Part shown: piece by piece, positions 47,085-54,789 of the stretch | Layout of the letters: every line of letters starts with the position of its first letter | Position numbering within the stretch: position 1 is the stretch's first letter | Source: Promethearchaeota archaeon | GTDB lineage: Archaea > Asgardarchaeota > Lokiarchaeia > Sigyniarchaeales > SOKP01 | Reading direction: 5' to 3' | Length of the DNA stretch: 54,789 bases | Assembly (NCBI GenBank): GCA_016840545.1 | Contig: JAEOSD010000001.1 | Location: forward strand, 1-54,789 | The notes under the pieces: model-generated | Databases searched by the model: none | Told to the model about the DNA's origin: nothing | Seen by the model: only the letters and a program-made list of their open reading frames with translations | Position numbers and translations under genes: made by a program

Positions 47085-47291
47085 TTTTTTTCGAATCTTT
47101 AATATTTTTTTTCTAATTTTTTTTGCTATAAAATAAACACTAAGAAGAATATTCTTAAAAAATTAAGCTTTATCCATTTATTCCATAAATTTTAATTCTG
47201 AAATGAAAGAAACTCGTTTAAGTAATGTTAATATCAGAAATCTATAACTAATTCCAATTATAATAAATTCAATCAATCCATATTATTAATT

Positions 47292-47777
47292 ATGAATTCT
47301 CAAGAAAAATCAGGCATTCATAAATCAGAGATCAATGAAGATGCCATTTTTAAATCACTGAGTCATGAAATACGTCGAGATATTATTAGATATATTGGAA
47401 TGAAGAAAACTTCGACCTTCACCGACATTAAAAAGAATATTATTACAATTGACAGTCCAACTTTATCATATCACCTAAAAAGTTTAAGCTCTCTTATAAT
47501 CCAAAAAGGAAGTAAATACCTTTTATCAGAAATAGGGAAGGCTTCTTTTAACTTACTTGAAAAAATAGATCAATCTGAAAGAATTCAAAAGGGTAAGAAA
47601 AGGTTTTTAGATGCGTACTTTACAACTGTAATTTGCTGGATATCTGCTAGCATTATTATTCCCCTGGTATATTTATACGCGCCTCTGGATTTCCTAATTC
47701 CAATAGTTCAAATTGTCATTACAATCATTTCTTCGATAAATTATGTAATTATATGGAAATTAAGAAAATTGTTTTAA
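47292..47777 (+). CDS. ArsR-type wHTH protein with C-terminal transmembrane segments
   Basis: 161 aa. The ArsR/SmtB-like start is IFKSLSHEIRRDIIRYIG...FTDIKK...LSYHLKSL. Two hydrophobic helices occupy the last ~50 aa. Confidence 0.6.
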   Translation: MNSQEKSGIHKSEINEDAIFKSLSHEIRRDIIRYIGMKKTSTFTDIKKNIITIDSPTLSYHLKSLSSLIIQKGSKYLLSEIGKASFNLLEKIDQSERIQKGKKRFLDAYFTTVICWISASIIIPLVYLYAPLDFLIPIVQIVITIISSINYVIIWKLRKLF

Positions 47778-47864
47778 GAAAATTGATTAAATTTTTTTGA
47801 CTTATTTCTTTTCTCAAAATATTAAAGTTTAATCAGTTAATAAGAAAGATTTTTTATGTTTTAA

Positions 47865-49178
47865 ATGTCGAAGACAAATAAATCTGAAACAAGTGAAGAA
47901 AAGGTAACTCCTGATTTTAATCCCATGATTAAGATCATATTTTGGAATAGTCTAGGATTTTTCTTTTTTTCATTTTTAGTACCTCACATAGTTAAGCAAT
48001 TTTTAGGGTTTTCAGCAATAGAATTGGGGTTTGCTTATGCAAGTCAGTTATTTGGTGCATTAATTAGCACTGCTTTTGTAGGATATTTAACAGATAAAGT
48101 ATCAAAGAAGTTATTAGTATTAATTGGAAGTTTTGGCAGAGGAGCTGGTTATTTTGTAATGTATTTCGCTATAATATTCTATTCATTTTATATCTTCGCT
48201 GTTGGATTATTTATATTGGGATTTTTTGTAGGAATATTTTGGAGCCCTTTAGACACTTTAATTTCTGAAAAATCACATAAAAAAAACCGCTCTTATGCAT
48301 TTGGAAAAAGAGGAGGAATGATTGGTATAGGTAATTTAGTTGGAACAATCATTAGTTTTTTAATCTTTGGATTAACAAATTACTTTATTCCCGGGAACAT
48401 TTATTTAGTCTACAGCCCCTTAATTTTATTTGGTGCCTCCAATTTATATGCGGGGATAGTTTTTAATCGTGATGTTGATGAAAGACTAACATTTGATGAT
48501 CATATTACTACTTTCGGAATAATAAGAGAAGATTCTTTTAGTATACCTCAAATAAATGACTCTAATTCAGAAACTAAATTAAAATCAAAAATGAGCTACA
48601 TCTTTGTTTTGGGATTTACAGTCTTAATGTTTGCATTTTTAACAACTAATATGAATCAAATGTTAGCTCAACCTTACCTGCAACCTTATTTAAATGATGA
48701 TTTAGAAGTTGTTGATCCTACTATAGTTATGCTAATCCTCTTTCCAAGTCAGGTTATAGCATTATTAATAGCACCAAAATTGGGAAGATTAGCCGATAAA
48801 ATTAATCCAATCTTAGGAATTACTGTTATTAGTAGCCTTGGTTCCTTAGTTACGTGGTTAATTATAAATTCAACAACTGGATGGATATTTGGCTTAATTT
48901 TAATTTTAGATTCCACTTTTGCGTGGGGAGGAATGTTAATCTTACAAAATGTGTTAAGTCGTATATCTAAAAGTCATCGAGGAAAGATTTTTGGTGTCTC
49001 ACAATGGATAAGTATTCTTGGAGCAATAATAGGGCCTATTTTAGGAGGATTTGTTTATGTTATGTTTGGGTCCTTTGCACCTTTCTTTATTTCGATATTT
49101 ATCGAATTATCAATAATTCCTTTCTATATTATAGCTATTCGCTTATTAAAGCCATATATGGCTGAAAAAATAGAATAA
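47865..49178 (+). CDS. MFS transporter
   Basis: 437 aa, about 12 TM helices, with MFS motif A-like GYLTDKVSKKLLVLIG between TM2 and TM3. Confidence 0.8.
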   Translation: MSKTNKSETSEEKVTPDFNPMIKIIFWNSLGFFFFSFLVPHIVKQFLGFSAIELGFAYASQLFGALISTAFVGYLTDKVSKKLLVLIGSFGRGAGYFVMYFAIIFYSFYIFAVGLFILGFFVGIFWSPLDTLISEKSHKKNRSYAFGKRGGMIGIGNLVGTIISFLIFGLTNYFIPGNIYLVYSPLILFGASNLYAGIVFNRDVDERLTFDDHITTFGIIREDSFSIPQINDSNSETKLKSKMSYIFVLGFTVLMFAFLTTNMNQMLAQPYLQPYLNDDLEVVDPTIVMLILFPSQVIALLIAPKLGRLADKINPILGITVISSLGSLVTWLIINSTTGWIFGLILILDSTFAWGGMLILQNVLSRISKSHRGKIFGVSQWISILGAIIGPILGGFVYVMFGSFAPFFISIFIELSIIPFYIIAIRLLKPYMAEKIE

Positions 49179-50153
49179 TTAGGAAAAATATCTCTTAAAA
49201 GTCCTACAAATTAAATAGCTTATCCAGAGTTTATAATCTTTAACTTTTGCACCTTTTAATAATTTTAAATTCCAATTACCATCATCTTCCTGCTTTGATT
49301 TGAACCATTCAATAGCCTTTTCTATATTTGGATGTTCTTTTGTAAATCCAATAAAATAAAGCGAGTCTAAGGAAGAAAGGAGGTCATTAAACCAAAAAGG
49401 AAAGGTAAATTTTGTCCAATAACTCTTATCACGTCTATCAGGATACTTATCATTTTCAAAAAATCTAGATAATAATAATTCGCCTGCTAATTTGATTTCA
49501 GGGCTCTTTTGATATGTAGGATGGATTGCAAATGCTCTTAAAACCACTCCAGTAATCATGTAAGAGAAAATTTTTACTCTATTTGGTTGAAGAGGTTCTT
49601 TGGAATTCATTACTTCTTGCCATTTTGCATTATTTGTTCTTATTGGAACGGCCCAACCCCCATCATCTTGCCGAACAGATAAAAGCCATTCGAGACCTTT
49701 TTCAATATGAATATCATTCTGATAACCTGCCTTAATTAAGAGTTCAAGAATGCCTGCAGTATAATTAGGTGAGTATTGATTTCTATAAATACCTCGAAAA
49801 TCGCCCTCATCAGTTTGAAAAGAAAAGAGAAATTTAGCAGCATTTTTTATGGCAGAATGAGTATTCTTAAAACCATATATTTCTACTAAAAATCCCAGTT
49901 GTCTATAAGTTTCTAATTGATCATAGTTTTCTTGAGAGTATATATCTTTTTTTCCTCCAGGATATTTCCAGGAGCCATCCCTCTGTTGTTTTTTTAGTAT
50001 TTTTTGGGCTCCATCTAATTCCCATAACTGTTTTATGGAGCCAACATCCTCTTCTAAAAGATCATACCGAATAAAATACAATAATGCCTTACTTTTTGTT
50101 AAAATAAGAGGAGGTATGGGATCAAATTTAAACTGCTTTTTCCATTCACCCAA
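49179..50153 (-). CDS. prenyltransferase/squalene-oxidase-repeat (alpha/alpha-toroid) protein
   Basis: 324 aa with four repeats ending in D-G-[SGDN]-[WF]: QQRDGSWKYPGG, QTDEGDFRG, RQDDGGWAVP, QEDDGNWN. It has a TTG start. Its stop codon abuts the stop of the convergent MFS gene with no spacer. Confidence 0.6.
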   Translation of the reverse strand: MGEWKKQFKFDPIPPLILTKSKALLYFIRYDLLEEDVGSIKQLWELDGAQKILKKQQRDGSWKYPGGKKDIYSQENYDQLETYRQLGFLVEIYGFKNTHSAIKNAAKFLFSFQTDEGDFRGIYRNQYSPNYTAGILELLIKAGYQNDIHIEKGLEWLLSVRQDDGGWAVPIRTNNAKWQEVMNSKEPLQPNRVKIFSYMITGVVLRAFAIHPTYQKSPEIKLAGELLLSRFFENDKYPDRRDKSYWTKFTFPFWFNDLLSSLDSLYFIGFTKEHPNIEKAIEWFKSKQEDDGNWNLKLLKGAKVKDYKLWISYLICRTFKRYFS

Positions 50154-50167
50154 ACAATTTCCACCTT

Positions 50168-51094
50168 TTATAATTTAATAAATTTTTCAAACCAATCTAT
50201 GGGGAATTTATTTTTAACTTTTTCAATAAATTCTTTAATCGTTAGTATTCCCAAATCTGAAATTACTCCATCAATATATTCTGGAAGAGTTTTATCAAAA
50301 TAATAGTTATGTACTTTAAGCAATTCCTGCTTGATTTTTTTATTATATACTTCCTTTATAGGTTTTTCTTCAATTTTAACTTCATATCCATAATGGCTTA
50401 ATAAATTATATTTAAAAGAATCACATATAGCATAGACTTGCGCATTTATGGATTTTGCTAGCACAGTTAGAGGATAAGTACCGATCTTATTAATAATAGA
50501 ACCATCTTCTAATACACTATCAACACCAATAAAAACAAAATCAATTCTATCCAGAAATTTTCCCATTGCAGCATCAATTATGAGATGCGTTTCATATTTT
50601 TTTGATAATAATTCAGCAACGCGATAACCTTCGAAAAGTGGACGAGATTCTAATATATATATAATAAGATTAGTTTTTTCATATTTATCTAATAGATCGA
50701 TAATTGTAGAACTGTATGATATCAACATAAGTCTTAATGGGTCCTTTTGTAAGCTATTAAGAAATGAGAGGAAATTTAAAGCTAAATTGGAAAATGATAT
50801 TTCTCTTTCTTTTTTCAATTTACTAATTTTAAAAAGAAGTGATTCTTTACTTATAATTTCCAAGTCATGAATTAAAAAACCAATTGTATGAATTAATGGT
50901 GCCATGTTAGGTCTTGAAAATATGATTTCTTTTGATAATTCCAAAAAAGGAAGAGTTATATCTTCATTTTGATCTTCGATATAATTTAGTTGAGAGGTAA
51001 TTATTTTTAGAGCTTTATCTATGAATTCATTAGCACCAGATTTATTATCCTTTTTTAATTTATCAATTTCCTTAAATGTTTTCTTATTAATCAA
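50168..51094 (-). CDS. eIF-2B alpha/beta/delta-family protein (ribose-1,5-bisphosphate / MTR-1-P isomerase-like)
   Basis: 308 aa with the family core ILESRPLFEGYRVA and GVDSVLEDGSIINKIGTY. It has a TTG start. Confidence 0.75.
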   Translation of the reverse strand: MINKKTFKEIDKLKKDNKSGANEFIDKALKIITSQLNYIEDQNEDITLPFLELSKEIIFSRPNMAPLIHTIGFLIHDLEIISKESLLFKISKLKKEREISFSNLALNFLSFLNSLQKDPLRLMLISYSSTIIDLLDKYEKTNLIIYILESRPLFEGYRVAELLSKKYETHLIIDAAMGKFLDRIDFVFIGVDSVLEDGSIINKIGTYPLTVLAKSINAQVYAICDSFKYNLLSHYGYEVKIEEKPIKEVYNKKIKQELLKVHNYYFDKTLPEYIDGVISDLGILTIKEFIEKVKNKFPIDWFEKFIKL

Positions 51095-51157
51095 TTTAGA
51101 ATCAAATTCTATTATTAAAAATATTTAATTGATTATGAAATTAAAAGTAGCTAGAAA

Positions 51158-51658
51158 TTATTTTTCTTTTACTTTATCAGCATTTTTCACGTAATCTGGT
51201 ATAAACGTTGTTTTAAAGAGATTAGAATTTCCAGTAGAGATTAAATTTCCATTTAAATCATAAATTTCGGCGATGGCATGGATAATATTTCGACCTTCGC
51301 GGATTATCTTACCAATAACTTTTACTTTTTCACCAACTTTTACTTTCCCTAAGTAATCAACATGAAAATCTATCGAAATAGGAAAACCTTCATATCCTAA
51401 TGTTGTTGTTGTCATTCCTATAGTATCATCCATTAATCCACATTGCATTCCTCCATGTAATAACCCCGTTGGGTTTGCCATTTCAGGTCTTACTTCAAAT
51501 TCTATTTCTATTTGTCCGTATTCAGCTTTAATAACCCTACCGTTTAACCATTTTGAAAAGGGAGGTACGGGAAAAGCTTTTAACTCTTGGTTTTTGAATG
51601 CATTAAATAATTTTATCATTCTTTCTGACCGTTCTTTTATTTTATCCATCTCAGTCAT
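51158..51658 (-). CDS. PaaI-type hot-dog thioesterase
   Basis: 166 aa with the motif LHGGMQCGLMDD, characteristic of PaaI/4HBT-class acyl-CoA thioesterases. Confidence 0.8.
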   Translation of the reverse strand: MTEMDKIKERSERMIKLFNAFKNQELKAFPVPPFSKWLNGRVIKAEYGQIEIEFEVRPEMANPTGLLHGGMQCGLMDDTIGMTTTTLGYEGFPISIDFHVDYLGKVKVGEKVKVIGKIIREGRNIIHAIAEIYDLNGNLISTGNSNLFKTTFIPDYVKNADKVKEK

Positions 51659-51767
51659 AATTCATTTCAATTTAAATTATGCAATAAATTAATTTTATAA
51701 GATTTTAGAATTTATATAATTATTTTTTTTATAAAGTATTAAGGTTAAGTGTAATCAATTTGTTTTC

Positions 51768-52076
51768 TTAAATTTTTCTCTGAGATATTTTACCTAAAAC
51801 CTGAGTTAATTTTTTTCTATATTCAGTAAAAGCATTTCGCCCTTTCTCTGATAAATGGAGCAATGTTTGAGGTTTCTTACCTTTAAATCGTTTCTCAACA
51901 TTTACATAACCAGCTTCTTCAAGTTTACTGATATGTGAAGATAGATTTCCCCATGTTAACTCTGTTTGATTTTTTAAAAATACCATGTCTGCGCTTTCTA
52001 CTACGTATAAATAAGCCATAATGCTAAGACGAGCAGGTTCATGAATTAATTTATCAATATCTGAAATCGAAGTTAT
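51768..52076 (-). CDS. winged-helix transcriptional regulator (HTH_45/ArsR-MarR-like small wHTH)
   Basis: GNLSSHISKLEEAGYVNVEKRFKGKKPQT forms the recognition helix and wing. The first ATG (52019) would delete helix 1, and the in-frame upstream sequence encodes DKLIHEPARLSI. The frame is open to 52112 with no ATG/GTG/TTG. The start is tentatively placed at ATA 52074-52076. Confidence 0.65.
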   Translation of the reverse strand: MTSISDIDKLIHEPARLSIMAYLYVVESADMVFLKNQTELTWGNLSSHISKLEEAGYVNVEKRFKGKKPQTLLHLSEKGRNAFTEYRKKLTQVLGKISQRKI

Positions 52077-52129
52077 TTTATCTTTATTATTTTTTTCTTT
52101 GCTCGTCTTAAATCAACCTTTTGGATTTT

Positions 52130-52780
52130 TTAATCTTTTTTTGGTTTAGGATACTTACGTAAGAATTTAATGAAAAATATTAACCCAACCACCACTATAA
52201 TTCCTCCAGGGACTCCAAATCCAATTATGCTATCTAATGGACTTCCTAGAATAGAATAAATAATATCCGATATGAAAAAGGTGAAACCCCCCATAAGAGC
52301 ATAAATATAAAGCCGATTAAAGTCCAAGAAGTAGGCAACAATTGTAAATGGAAAGGTATATGAAATCAAACCAATAAGCAAAGGAGTTAATGATCCTGCT
52401 AAAGCAAGAAATTCTAATAATCCAAAAAATGTTAGAATAAAGACAATACAACCAAATAAAACATTAATTAAGAGGAATATTTTTAATTTTTTTTGCCGAG
52501 CTTTTCTTTTTTGTCCGAATTTAACAGTTCCAATTCGAGGAAGAGTTATAAATTTCTTTCCCAGATAATATATTAAAAAGGTTATTGTGGTCCAGATAAT
52601 TGAAATTATCAATATGTACAATGGTTCCATTATATCAAAAATTATTCGAGTCCAACCCAAACCGAAACCAAGCAATAACATACCAATAAAAATATCCCAA
52701 AAACCATCTTCAAAAAAAGATCGATACACTTTTTTTTCTATTGATTTTAAGTCCAATACCTCTTTATCAATATCTACCAT
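52130..52780 (-). CDS. multi-pass membrane protein, paralogue B
   Basis: The start is placed at the internal ATG (MVDIDKEV...), which parallels the paralogue's N-terminus. There are about 6 TM helices. The C-terminus is FIKFLRKYPKPKKD. Confidence 0.55.
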   Translation of the reverse strand: MVDIDKEVLDLKSIEKKVYRSFFEDGFWDIFIGMLLLGFGLGWTRIIFDIMEPLYILIISIIWTTITFLIYYLGKKFITLPRIGTVKFGQKRKARQKKLKIFLLINVLFGCIVFILTFFGLLEFLALAGSLTPLLIGLISYTFPFTIVAYFLDFNRLYIYALMGGFTFFISDIIYSILGSPLDSIIGFGVPGGIIVVVGLIFFIKFLRKYPKPKKD

Positions 52781-53423
52781 TTGAAATATCCTCCTTTTTT
52801 GGTAATGGATACTTTTTAAGGAATCGAACAAAAATTATAATTCCCATAGAAAGAATTATAATTCCAATGATTCCAAACGAGAAAAGCCATTTAATTCTGT
52901 AATCTATTGACCGGTTTAATGTTTCATTAATGATAATACCCATCCAAACAAGTACTCCAATTGCATAACACCTTGGATATTTTAATAAATAAGCTATAAT
53001 CGTGAAAGGGGGTATGATAAAAACCAAGCCAATAATCAATATAAAAAGAATACCCTCTACTTTTACTCCAGATGTTATTCCAATGAAAGGCAAAAGAAAG
53101 ATTGTTAATGTGAATATAACTTGGATTAGTATAATAATAATTATTTTTTTTCCAGCAGATTTTAGTTTTGGTCCAGGTTTTACAAATCCCATTCTAGGTC
53201 TAATGACGTATATAGTAACGATAAATATTACTACAAAAACTACACACAAAAGAATTAGTGGCCATAAAAAATATCTATAAGGTTCAGGTAAAGCCTCACG
53301 AAAAATGGGACCAAATGCCATTCCTGTATAAATAAAACCGATTGACATGTCGAAAAGCCCATGTTGATGAGCAGTTTTTATAATCTTCTTTTGTATAGCT
53401 TCTAAATCAATATCTTCAACCAT
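52767..53423 (-). CDS. multi-pass membrane protein, paralogue A
   Basis: 218 aa. It begins MVEDIDLEAIQKKI and ends FVRFLKKYPLPKKED, with the same topology as paralogue B. It overlaps B by 14 nt. Confidence 0.55.
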   Translation of the reverse strand: MVEDIDLEAIQKKIIKTAHQHGLFDMSIGFIYTGMAFGPIFREALPEPYRYFLWPLILLCVVFVVIFIVTIYVIRPRMGFVKPGPKLKSAGKKIIIIILIQVIFTLTIFLLPFIGITSGVKVEGILFILIIGLVFIIPPFTIIAYLLKYPRCYAIGVLVWMGIIINETLNRSIDYRIKWLFSFGIIGIIILSMGIIIFVRFLKKYPLPKKEDISNGRY

Positions 53424-53543
53424 GTAATAAACTAAATCCTCTTTTTATTACTTATAATGTATATCTTTTTTCCTCCTTTCATAAACTTTTTTTATTTTTT
53501 AATTAATAATTGAAAAAATTTTGATTTTAATTAACTGTTAAAC

Positions 53544-53960
53544 TTATTCTATTCTATTTCCACAGTTTGGACAAAAAATTGCATCGGAACTTGTATTGCT
53601 GCCACAATAAGGGCAATACATTTCATGTGATCTTTTAGAGTCTTTTTGGGGTTTTACTTGATATTCATAATCTTGGGATTGTATTTCATGTTCATGGCTA
53701 TATGTTTTTATTGTTTCTTGACGCGTATTTTTGCTCTTCATCAATATAATCAAAAAAATAGTAAACACTCCAAAAATAATTAAAGCAACGATTATTGTAA
53801 ACAATATTCGAATTGAGCCAAGTTGAAAATGCTCTGAAGAATAAAAGAAAGCTAACATCATAATTAACATTCCAACTAACACTAATAAACCTAACATTAT
53901 GCTAACTCCTTTTCTCTTATTATCATCCCCCGCTGAGATAATTGGAATCACCCATGCCAA
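53544..53960 (-). CDS. membrane protein with C-terminal zinc-ribbon
   Basis: 138 aa with two TM helices followed by CPYCGSNTSSDAIFCPNCG (CxxC-x11-CxxC). TTG is at 53960. Alternative starts are GTG at 53951 and ATG at 53899. Confidence 0.55.
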   Translation of the reverse strand: MAWVIPIISAGDDNKRKGVSIMLGLLVLVGMLIMMLAFFYSSEHFQLGSIRILFTIIVALIIFGVFTIFLIILMKSKNTRQETIKTYSHEHEIQSQDYEYQVKPQKDSKRSHEMYCPYCGSNTSSDAIFCPNCGNRIE

Positions 53961-53989
53961 CTTTATTCTACCTCATGCTTTTTTTTATT

Positions 53990-54688
53990 TTATTCTATTT
54001 TATTTAATTTTTTCATCCCAATATATAGTAGTATTGTTCCTACTACAATATTGAAAGCAAAAACGGGGGTTAACATTACAATCCTCATCATTATTACTGT
54101 CTTTGGATTGAAAAATATTAACAAGAAGATGGGCATCATAATCGCTGGCTGCATTATAAGCATAGAAATCATAGAATTAGATTTCATATTTGAATCTTTT
54201 TCTCCAAAAGCGGGATTCAAACATTGTAAACCTATTGATTGAAGCATAGAAATTGGAATATTTGCTAGAAATAAAGAAAAGAATATAATTGCATCAAGAA
54301 GTCCAATTTTAGCGAATAGTGAGTGTAGAATAGTTATAAATAATGATATAAATAAACCTATTACTAGCATATTCATTATATAAGAATAAACCAATCCCTT
54401 AATCCCTCTTGGAGATTTCTTATAAGCCCATATAATGTCTTTTGAATTGATGAATATAAGATGACCTAACATTATACTTGACACTAATCCTCCTAACACT
54501 ATTAATATCGAGGAACTAAGTATTAGTCCTACATAGTTATCCATTGTTGAAGATGTAAACCATGCCATAAATCCAACTAATCCTAATACATAGGCTATTC
54601 TTGCGAGATTAGCTTTTTTCCTTAGAAATAATTTCATTTGAACTATCAATAATCCTCCGAATTTGCGTCCAGCAACTTTATATAACAT
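53990..54688 (-). CDS. multi-pass membrane protein (ABC-2/exporter-permease-like), possibly truncated by window edge
   Basis: 232 aa from the ATG at 54688, with about 6 TM helices. The same frame stays open with no stop up to the window end (54789). The true start may therefore lie outside the window. Confidence 0.5.
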   Translation of the reverse strand: MLYKVAGRKFGGLLIVQMKLFLRKKANLARIAYVLGLVGFMAWFTSSTMDNYVGLILSSSILIVLGGLVSSIMLGHLIFINSKDIIWAYKKSPRGIKGLVYSYIMNMLVIGLFISLFITILHSLFAKIGLLDAIIFFSLFLANIPISMLQSIGLQCLNPAFGEKDSNMKSNSMISMLIMQPAIMMPIFLLIFFNPKTVIMMRIVMLTPVFAFNIVVGTILLYIGMKKLNKIE

Positions 54689-54789
54689 TGAATAGAAATA
54701 GTTTTCTTTTTTAGCTATCGAAGTGCTTTTTACACTTACTCCTTCTAAAGAGTAAAAAACATGCGCTTTTTTATATGAAAAATATAAAA

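Noticed and set aside
47155-47166. 12-bp palindrome AAGAATATTCTT in the POR/ArsR divergent spacer
   Set aside because: It is a short palindrome made almost entirely of A/T. Many such palindromes are expected by chance in 55 kb of this composition, so it is not reported as a site.
52781-52831. 17-codon N-terminal extension of membrane paralogue B (MFDSLKSIHYQKRRIFQ)
   Set aside because: It would overlap paralogue A by 65 nt. The internal ATG gives an N-terminus (MVDIDKEV) that parallels paralogue A (MVEDIDLEA).
52587-54242. Plus-strand ORFs 52587-52784, 53002-53280 and 54051-54242
   Set aside because: They lie antisense to membrane-protein genes. The reverse complement of hydrophobic codons gives Lys/Asn/Ile-rich pseudo-ORFs.
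1-54789. Search by eye for tRNA/rRNA genes, CRISPR repeats, IS elements/transposases, integrases, toxin-antitoxin or known defence genes, and confident TATA/BRE promoter calls
   Set aside because: I found no regularly spaced direct repeats, no tRNA-like G/C-rich cloverleaf segments and no transposase or integrase-like ORFs. TATA-like strings occur everywhere in this AT-rich DNA, so individual promoter calls could not be supported without TSS data.

Overview
AT-rich (about 30% GC by eye), densely coding archaeal chromosomal window with roughly 50 protein genes. I saw no rRNA, tRNA, CRISPR array or transposase.

Content in order:
- An AbrB-PhoU regulator, a PAP2 phosphatase and carAB.
- A long acyl-CoA/butyrate-type supercluster interrupted by pyrG. 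It holds a leaderless DmsAB-like molybdoenzyme, an NMO/FabK-like reductase, a 3-hydroxyacyl-CoA dehydrogenase, thiolase, MFE-2-type hydratase-2, three crotonase paralogues (a fourth lies at 42906), acyl-CoA dehydrogenase, acyl-CoA synthetase, two divergent 4-hydroxybutyryl-CoA dehydratase paralogues and a Cys-rich Fe-S protein.
- A Rab-like small GTPase translationally coupled to a TrmB-like wHTH protein, next to a HEAT-repeat protein. This suggests an Asgard/Loki-type archaeon (inference only).
- A glycoconjugate/lipid-flavoured block: serine hydrolase, GH5 endoglycoceramidase-like enzyme, Gfo/Idh/MocA, M24 peptidase, SCP2, PIG-L deacetylase, NIPA-like transporter.
- A 2-oxoacid:ferredoxin oxidoreductase operon (gamma-delta fusion, alpha, beta).
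- An MFS transporter, a prenyltransferase-repeat protein, an eIF-2B-family protein, a PaaI thioesterase, and a wHTH regulator with two paralogous membrane proteins.

Most notable observations:
1. The POR beta subunit is circularly permuted, with the break inside the ThDP GDG...N motif.
2. The Rab-like GTPase/TrmB-like two-gene module.
3. At least three genes have family-conserved N-termini upstream of any ATG/GTG/TTG. This implies AUU/AUA-type initiation or start-codon loss.

All family calls come from motif recognition by eye. No database search was run.
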